NCBI GenBank assembly: GCA_002503985.1
Contig: DASW01000007.1
Coordinates: 108,435-172,434 of the forward strand
Direction of reading: 5' to 3'
Length of the DNA stretch: 64,000 bases
Source: Thermoplasmata archaeon UBA61
Lineage (GTDB): Archaea; Thermoplasmatota; Thermoplasmata; Lutacidiplasmatales; UBA184
Numbering within the stretch: the stretch's first letter is position 1; the number at the start of each line of letters is the position of its first letter. This document shows positions 58,387-64,000 of this stretch, one piece after another. The notes under the pieces are model-generated. The model saw only the letters and a list, made by a program, of their open reading frames with translations. It searched no databases and was not told the origin of the DNA. Made by a program: the position numbers and the translations under genes.

Positions 58387-59093
58387 AAAGTTCTCACTAC
58401 TCGCGGCCAGCACCGGTCCAGGTCTCGGGGCCATTGTCGTTCTCCGAGCCGTCTCGGTACCCGGTTAGCCCAAGGCGTCCCAATGGGGGCGACCGGTCTC
58501 GGTCTTATGAATCCAGCGTTGGAGCGACTCACGCGGTCGGCTTCGGATGAGATTCGGACCTGCTCTCCGAAGTCGGCGTCACGTTCCCTTGACTCGATGG
58601 GTATCGTAGGGACCCCGATCCGGACCTGCCTCTCGGTGATTCCCCAACGAGCGTAGAACCGGGCCGCCCGCGTCCAGTCGCTCAGAAGGATGTAAGCGAG
58701 CCCAGGAGTTCGTGACACGACCGCCCGGGCCGCCTTGACGCGCCCACGCAGGTCGCGCAGCCTCCGCTCCGCGGCCCGCTCGTCCTCCTCCCGGGAATCG
58801 TCGGGGAGGCCGCTCATGATCTCCCACACGCTGAACTTCCGCGTCGAGGCCGCAATGAATTCATCCTCCGCGTCCTCGTCTTCGTCCGGGCCGCCGAAGG
58901 CGACCCGCGACTCGAACCGCGTCCGCGAGTAGTCGCCAAACCGGGGGCGCGGATACGAGCGAGGGGCAGGGCCACGAGGGTGAGGCAGCTGCGGGCTCGC
59001 GTCGGGCCCGTTGATCGCGGCCAGGTCGGGGAACGGGTTCGCGGTCTCGGGGCTATCGCTCTCGGTCGCGCTGGCGGCGCTGATTGCGGTCAT
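58383..59093 (-). CDS. ORF X, hypothetical protein duplicated within the island
   Basis: Protein-level conservation with the copy at 49409-49792; stop overlaps ATG 58386 (ATGA). Confidence 0.55.
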   Translation of the reverse strand: MTAISAASATESDSPETANPFPDLAAINGPDASPQLPHPRGPAPRSYPRPRFGDYSRTRFESRVAFGGPDEDEDAEDEFIAASTRKFSVWEIMSGLPDDSREEDERAAERRLRDLRGRVKAARAVVSRTPGLAYILLSDWTRAARFYARWGITERQVRIGVPTIPIESRERDADFGEQVRISSEADRVSRSNAGFIRPRPVAPIGTPWANRVPRRLGERQWPRDLDRCWPRVVRTL

Positions 59094-59240
59094 CGGCGCG
59101 AAGCGAGCGCGCAGGGCTCGCGGCGAGCGGTGCGAGCGAGACGCGAGCACGCAGGTCGACCGAGGGCCGATTCGAGGCCCGAGGGCGACCGAGCCCCCAT
59201 CATGGTCGCCGAGCGAAGCGAGGGAACGGCGGCCGAAGGC

Positions 59241-59328
59241 CGCCGCGACCTTGATGTGGGGCGCGCGCGACCGATGACTTGACCGCAATCAGCGCGCGGG
59301 ACGAGGAACGACCGCGAGGAGCGCGCGA
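59241..59328. repeat. 88-bp site A (empty copy)
   Basis: 82/88 identical by manual alignment to site B rebuilt from 59956-59990 + 61301-61312 + 62584-62624; imperfect hairpin CGCGCG-A-CCGAT...ATCAG-CGCGCG. Confidence 0.88.
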
Positions 59329-59367
59329 AGGCCGGCGCGAATCCTCGCTCCTTCCTAACGAGAAAGA

Positions 59368-59763
59368 CTACGCAGCGGTGCTATCTCCTCGGTACAGGGT
59401 AAACCAAGTACGAATCCCCTGCATTGTCCCCAATGCCGCGCATCCCAGGCCTAGGGCAAGGCTCGCTACTCCCGCAGCCCACGCAAGTCCGGTCCCACCG
59501 GCCACGATTAGAACCCCGTCGACGATGGTCACGGCGCTCGCAAGGGCAACTGCGCCCATCACCGACGGGCGGATGACATACGCGCCAAATGTGCCGAGGA
59601 CCAACTCGAGGAATCCCAATGCTATCACTTGGGTTCCCAAAGTCTGGTAGCCCATGGACCGAGCAAGCCCGGCGAGAATCAGGAGGCTAAAGGCGACGGT
59701 GAACGCTCCAAAGATTGCCACGGAAATCCATAGGTCGATCCGATCCTCGACGTCCTCGAACAC
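59368..59763 (-). CDS. Small 4-TM membrane protein between sites A and B
   Basis: Four hydrophobic helices; start uncertain (frame open to 59937). Confidence 0.6.
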   Translation of the reverse strand: MFEDVEDRIDLWISVAIFGAFTVAFSLLILAGLARSMGYQTLGTQVIALGFLELVLGTFGAYVIRPSVMGAVALASAVTIVDGVLIVAGGTGLAWAAGVASLALGLGCAALGTMQGIRTWFTLYRGDSTAA

Positions 59764-60082
59764 GCCGGCCTCGAGAGACTCGGGACCTTGGTCTGGCCTC
59801 GAGCTCGTCGGGAGACTAGCGATGCTGGGGTTGTCAGGCAATGCCTGTACCACCAGCGATCGACCCTGCGGCATACGGCGACTATCGATGGCACGATGGC
59901 CCAAGTAGGATTTGCGTTCTTCGATACATCGTTCCACCCCTGCTGAGCGGAAAGTCGCCGCGACCTTGATGTGGGACGCGCGCGACCGATGCTATGAACG
60001 CTTCGTCCGCCAGCCGGGGACCAGCGAGTGCTGAGTCTGGGGCTAGAGACGAGCTACGTGAACCTCCAGCTTCTCACCTGTG

Positions 60083-60225
60083 TTCGCGCACGCAGTATGC
60101 TATCGGCGTCTGACACGCACTTGGACAGCGGCGGCCGCGAACCCCCGAGTCGCCTCCCGGCACAATGACGGTGGCGGCCGTCTTACGACGCCGCAATCGG
60201 TCGCTGGCGGCTCGACGACTCGGGA
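60083..60225 (-). ncRNA. Predicted bridge/seek RNA of IS element 1
   Basis: Two stem-flanked internal loops; guides match the target (60196-60204, 60165-60171) and the circle-junction donor (60121-60127, 60097-60103); RNA ends approximate. Confidence 0.72.
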
Positions 60226-61223
60226 GCGTGAGGTTGGTAAGGCGAGCGACGGCGAAGGACCGAGGCGGTGATCCGCACGAGTTTCCGTGCGGCGGCCACT
60301 GCCCCAGTCCCCATGCCCTTCCGACGGGCGACCCGATGGCCGACTCGATACACGTCCCCTTTCCCCTCATGCCGGCGGACGTTCCATTGGGCCTCGACCA
60401 GGACCCACTTGAGAAGGTGATTCGCGTCCCACACGAGTGGACCGTTGTAGCTCGTCGTTGCCGATTGATGGACAGAAGGGCAGAGGCCACAGTACTTCAC
60501 GACGGCATCGAGACTCGAGAACCGCTCGATCGGACAGAGGAAGGCGACCAGAGCGACCGAAGTGAACTTGCCCACTCCGGGAATGGTGGCGAGGAGCTGA
60601 GCTTCCGTGGAGGCCTCATAGGCATCTCGGATCGCCCGATCGAGTGAGTGGGTGATCTCTTCGATCGAGGTGAGCTCCTGGAGTCCGCGCTCGATCTCGG
60701 GAAAGCGGGGATCCGCGACGCTGTGGCGGAGGGTGCGACGTTGCAGAAGACCGGGACGAAACGAGATCCCCTTCTGGAGGAGGACGGCGTAGACGTGGTT
60801 CGCCACGCCGGTCCATAGGCGAGTGTAGAAGACTCGCTCGCGGACCAACTTGCGCAGCGCCCGCTGCTCGGGGGTCGGAACGTACGCCTCGGGGATGGCT
60901 TGGAGTCGGGCGAGTTTCGCCAGCTTCTCGGAGTCCACTCGATCGGTCTTCAGCGTCGTCTTGCTGACGAGCTTGGTCTGGAAGGGATTGGCAAGGAGAA
61001 CTTGGGCACCGGTGGCGGCCGCGGCGTCGTAGATGTGCTCCCAGACGTTGCACGCCTCGAGCACGACCTGAATGGGTCCCGGGAGATCCTCGAGGAATCG
61101 TCGGATCTCCTCGTCACTGGTTCCCAGCCTCTCCTGTCGCCGTCGGTGTCCCAACGGGTCCACGGCGGTCGCTGCAACACTGCTCTTGCTCACGTCGAAT
61201 CCGACATACGTAGAGATCTCCAT
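60183..61223 (-). CDS. IS110-family transposase (bridge recombinase)
   Basis: DEDD RuvC motifs VGFDVSK, VLEAC and KTDRVDS; IPGVG; catalytic Ser in HQSA. Confidence 0.93.
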   Translation of the reverse strand: MEISTYVGFDVSKSSVAATAVDPLGHRRRQERLGTSDEEIRRFLEDLPGPIQVVLEACNVWEHIYDAAAATGAQVLLANPFQTKLVSKTTLKTDRVDSEKLAKLARLQAIPEAYVPTPEQRALRKLVRERVFYTRLWTGVANHVYAVLLQKGISFRPGLLQRRTLRHSVADPRFPEIERGLQELTSIEEITHSLDRAIRDAYEASTEAQLLATIPGVGKFTSVALVAFLCPIERFSSLDAVVKYCGLCPSVHQSATTSYNGPLVWDANHLLKWVLVEAQWNVRRHEGKGDVYRVGHRVARRKGMGTGAVAAARKLVRITASVLRRRSPYQPHAPESSSRQRPIAAS

Positions 61224-61369
61224 CGGTCGCCTCTGAGGCCGGGACAGGAGGCGACCGGCTTGGGGTCTTGCCCGCATGGTCGAAGCGTATCATGTCCAAT
61301 GACGGGACCGCACTTATGTGACTTCCGCCGACTTCGATTTCCTGTTTACATGGTTCTCCCGGTGTGTGT

Positions 61370-61516
61370 GCGCGGGCTCTGCACCCACTTATTCGCGCTT
61401 TGTGCGCACGATGACAGTCGCAGCCGCCCGCTCCCGACCGACAGACCCCAATCAATACATCGCGGCCGTCTCACGACTCCGCAGCGGTCCTCTCGAAGCT
61501 CGGTCGGTCAGGAGTG
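61370..61516 (-). ncRNA. Predicted bridge/seek RNA of IS element 2
   Basis: Target guides at 61484-61490 and 61449-61454 closed by a 12-bp stem (CTCCTGACCGAC/GTCGGTCGGGAG); donor guides at 61410-61416 and 61386-61392; RNA ends approximate. Confidence 0.72.
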
Positions 61517-62505
61517 TAAGGGGTTCCTCGTTTGAGAACCGCATAGACGATCTTCAACAGTTTGTGGGCCCCGGCGACATTGCCCGACTGCTTGCCGCTC
61601 CGTCGGGCGACACGGCGGGCCACTTTCGTGACGTCACTCTCCTTCCCCGCCCATTGGCGATGCGACCACGACGCCTCGACGAGGAGCCACTTCACCATCC
61701 GATTCGCGTCGGTCTTTAGGTGACCCTGATACGAGGACTCGCCGGACTGGTGGTTGGTCGGGACCAGGCCGGCATACGAGCAGAGCTTCTCGACGTTCGG
61801 GAATCGGTCGATCGGACACAGCTCGGCCACCAACGCGACCGCCGTGTACTCCCCGATGCCGGGGATCGTCTTCAGGAGCTGGGCGTCCTTCGACTCCAGA
61901 AACTCCTGATGGATGGCTTCGTCCAGGTCCTTGGTCAGCTCATCGAAACGGTTCAGGACGTCCAGTCCCCGATCGACCTCGGGGATCTGATGGGAGCGTA
62001 GCTCCTCGCGCTTCCGCTTCTGACCGAGGAGTCGATCGTCATACTGGACTCCCTTGCGGAGGAGCATGGCATAGATGTGGCTCTTGATGCTGGCCTCCTC
62101 CCGCTTGTAGAACCAGCGGTCCCTCACCAGCTGGCGAAGAGCGCGAATCTCGGGGTTGGGAGCGTAGGCCACAGGGATCCCTCGGAGGCGGAGGAGCTCC
62201 GCCAGAGTCTCCGAATCCACCTTATCCGATTTCAAGCTCGCCTCTGAGATCAACCGAACCCGATAGGGGTGGGCGAGGGTCACCTCCGCCTCGGTGGAGA
62301 GCGCGGCATCGTAGTAATGCTCCCACACATTGCACGCCTCCAGCACGACGTGCTTGCGACCGGGGAGGCCATCCAGGTAGGAGATCAGCTCCGAGTCTCG
62401 GGAACCGAAACTCGACTGGTCCACCCGATTCCCCTCGCGATCCACCGCGGTGGCCACGACGGTCTTCTTGTGTACGTCCAACCCCACAAACAGCTCGCTC
62501 TCCAT
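61471..62505 (-). CDS. IS110-family transposase (bridge recombinase)
   Basis: VGLDVHK, VLEAC, KSDKVDS, IPGIG, YAGLVP...QSG. Confidence 0.94.
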   Translation of the reverse strand: MESELFVGLDVHKKTVVATAVDREGNRVDQSSFGSRDSELISYLDGLPGRKHVVLEACNVWEHYYDAALSTEAEVTLAHPYRVRLISEASLKSDKVDSETLAELLRLRGIPVAYAPNPEIRALRQLVRDRWFYKREEASIKSHIYAMLLRKGVQYDDRLLGQKRKREELRSHQIPEVDRGLDVLNRFDELTKDLDEAIHQEFLESKDAQLLKTIPGIGEYTAVALVAELCPIDRFPNVEKLCSYAGLVPTNHQSGESSYQGHLKTDANRMVKWLLVEASWSHRQWAGKESDVTKVARRVARRSGKQSGNVAGAHKLLKIVYAVLKRGTPYTPDRPSFERTAAES

Positions 62506-62778
62506 GCGGCGCCTCGAGGGTGACGAAGAGAGGCGCCGCACATGCTCCTTGCCCGACATCGGGCGGAAGTCAGCATGTCATCAATCAGCGCGCGGGGCGA
62601 GGAAGGACCGCGAGGAGCGTGCGATCCGAGTATGCATCGTCCACTTTCGTCCCCGGGAAAACCGGGGCCGCCTTAACCGGTGTCTTCACGGTGAGGGAAT
62701 TCAGGGTTGAATGCAGGAGTGCCCCGCTACTTACGGTACGACACCAGATTCAAGCTAACTAGCGCCCATGCCCGCCCC

Positions 62779-63189
62779 ATGGCCGCGGGAAACGCTCCGA
62801 CCCATCCATATCGAGGCGGCGGGATAGCCTTACTCGTCTTGGGCATCGTGTTCATCATCGGAGGTATCGCCGCATACGAGTACTGCAGCGTCAGCCTTCT
62901 CGGCGTATGCTTGGACTACCCATACCAAGCCGCGGGGGGCGGAATCGCTGCCCTCGGCTTTGTCCTCCTGATTGTAGGAATCGTCCTTTCGGTAATCAGT
63001 AGGCCGGCTCCCGCGCCGGTTATGTCCACTCAACCGCAGACCGTCTACTACGTCACAAGCCCCCCTCAGCCTACTCCGCCACCACCGACCCCGGCCGCCG
63101 AACGGTACTGTCAGTCGTGTGGGATGGGGAATGCGCGCGCGGCTGCCTTCTGCCAGAAGTGCGGCAAACCGCTTCCGCCTCCACCGTAG
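62779..63189 (+). CDS. 2-TM membrane protein with a Cys-pair loop, Pro-rich linker and C-terminal zinc ribbon
   Basis: TM-CSVSLLGVC-TM, then CQSCG...CQKCG. Confidence 0.75.
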   Translation: MAAGNAPTHPYRGGGIALLVLGIVFIIGGIAAYEYCSVSLLGVCLDYPYQAAGGGIAALGFVLLIVGIVLSVISRPAPAPVMSTQPQTVYYVTSPPQPTPPPPTPAAERYCQSCGMGNARAAAFCQKCGKPLPPPP

Positions 63190-63300
63190 GCCGGCGGGAA
63201 CCCGACAACAGCTCGCAGGCTGCCTTTCGTCGGTCGACTTCGGCGTGCCCAGGTCGGAGTTGAATGACCAACCGCGCTGAACGCGGGGGAATGCGTCTTC

Positions 63301-63930
63301 TCAGGTGGTCACGATTGTCCCAGAGATGCTGTAGCTTCCCGTCACGGACGGCACTTGAATCGTCAACGTGAAGGTCTGGGATCCGCTCGGGGCCAAAGTT
63401 ACCGGGAGGGTCGGGCTCACCGACGTAACTGAGAACCCGCCCGTCACGGTGAAGTCGTCGATATTGTGGTTCAAGAGGGCCGCAGTGCTCGTGAGTCCAA
63501 GAGTAATGGTCAGACTACCCCCCACGGCGACCTGAAGAGGACAGCCAGTACCGCAGGTGTAGGAAGAGCCTAGGTAGCCAGACGTCGTCCCCGTGTAATC
63601 GGGAGTGAACGTGAACCCGGTAATGGTAATCGGGGGCGTACTCCCCGATCCAGAGGAACTGCTCGAATTGAAAACTCCCGCGGCCCACAAGCCAACCAAC
63701 ACGACGACGAGAACCACCACAACTGCGATCACCACGATAAGGGCGGTTCGTGACTTCTTCGGCGGTAGAGGCGCAACAACAGGGGCCCAGGCTGGTGGAC
63801 TTGAGGCGGCTGGAGCTTGTGGGGGAGGGCTCGGTGGGGGGACTGTGGAAAGCGCCGCCCCGCACTTAGAACAAAACTGGGCCCCTGCCTGGTTTGGGGT
63901 CCCGCACTTCTGGCAATAAGAACTGGCCAT
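63301..63930 (-). CDS. Zinc-ribbon, single-TM protein with an extracellular Ig-like domain
   Basis: CQKCG...CSKCG, Pro-rich linker, TM, Thr/Ser-rich beta sandwich; TTATAA at 63955-63960 favours ATG 63930. Confidence 0.78.
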   Translation of the reverse strand: MASSYCQKCGTPNQAGAQFCSKCGAALSTVPPPSPPPQAPAASSPPAWAPVVAPLPPKKSRTALIVVIAVVVVLVVVLVGLWAAGVFNSSSSSGSGSTPPITITGFTFTPDYTGTTSGYLGSSYTCGTGCPLQVAVGGSLTITLGLTSTAALLNHNIDDFTVTGGFSVTSVSPTLPVTLAPSGSQTFTLTIQVPSVTGSYSISGTIVTT

Positions 63931-64000
63931 GAGCGCGCATCTCTCACCCATGCCTTATAATGTGGCTCGGACGCGCCTGTGCCCTGCGACCCATTGCAGA

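Larger units (their letters stand above)
59991..61300 (-). mobile_element. IS1111-type (IS110 family) element 1, core dinucleotide AT
   Basis: Sub-terminal IRs ATGA-ACGCTTCG (59994) / CGAAGCGTATCAT (61281-61293), 3 nt and 7 nt from the ends; AT at both junctions; non-coding region downstream of the transposase. Confidence 0.88.
61313..62583 (-). mobile_element. IS1111-type (IS110 family) element 2, core CA (TG on the element strand)
   Basis: Sub-terminal IRs ATG-TGACTTCCGCC (61316) / GGCGGAAGTCAGCAT (62562-62576), 3 nt and 7 nt from the ends; CA at both junctions. Confidence 0.9.
59956..62624. repeat. 88-bp site B, split into three pieces by two IS insertions
   Basis: Removing 59991-61300 and 61313-62583 restores a gap-free copy of site A. 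Confidence 0.85.
41955..64000. mobile_element. tRNA-adjacent integrative element / genomic island (right boundary not seen)
   Basis: Integrase 43 nt after the tRNA 3' end, VirD4-like ATPase, DUF932, repeats, IS elements, cargo visibly more AT-rich than the core genes; no att duplicate found in the window. Confidence 0.75.

Noticed and set aside
46989-59328. CRISPR array
   Set aside because: The repeats are long, divergent and separated by whole genes rather than 30-45 nt spacers; no cas genes are present
59991-62583. Single composite transposon or nested IS
   Set aside because: Each element has its own IR pair and core dinucleotide, and the 12 bp between them is target-site DNA
41998-62624. 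Canonical integron (IntI/attC)
   Set aside because: The repeats lack RYYYAAC...GTTRRRY ends, and the integrase shows YVLR rather than the HTLRHSFATH-type box of IntI
41955-64000. Second att site (duplicate of the tRNA 3' end)
   Set aside because: No copy of TTCGAATCCCGCCGGGAGCA found by eye in the window, so the island's right boundary is not called

Overview
High-GC archaeal DNA, inferred to be Thermoplasmata (fibrillarin, BHB-intron tRNA, HPS-RraA fusion, ESGLP-x-GT-x-W surface-protein domain). Bases 1-41.4 kb are mostly core genome: two convergent Hdr/Etf/2-oxoacid:ferredoxin oxidoreductase operons, assorted metabolic genes, a relaxase-free VirB2/VirB6/VirB4-like operon among housekeeping genes, hps, truA and pstSCAB-phoU. 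An HNH gene and an intron-containing tRNA-Glu(TTC) with an atypical C33 follow. From about 41955 to the window end lies an integrated element with a non-IntI tyrosine recombinase, a VirD4-like ATPase fused to a nuclease-like domain, and DUF932. It carries a co-oriented array of secreted/membrane cargo genes, most followed by a member of a GC-rich hairpin repeat family, which resembles an integron cassette array without canonical attC sites. One 88-bp repeat is split by two different IS1111-type (IS110 family) elements inserted 12 bp apart, and their bridge-RNA target and donor guides can be read directly from the sequence. The cargo includes a ~2100-aa toxin-like surface protein with a coupled putative immunity gene. 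All family assignments are from motif recognition by eye; no database searches were run.
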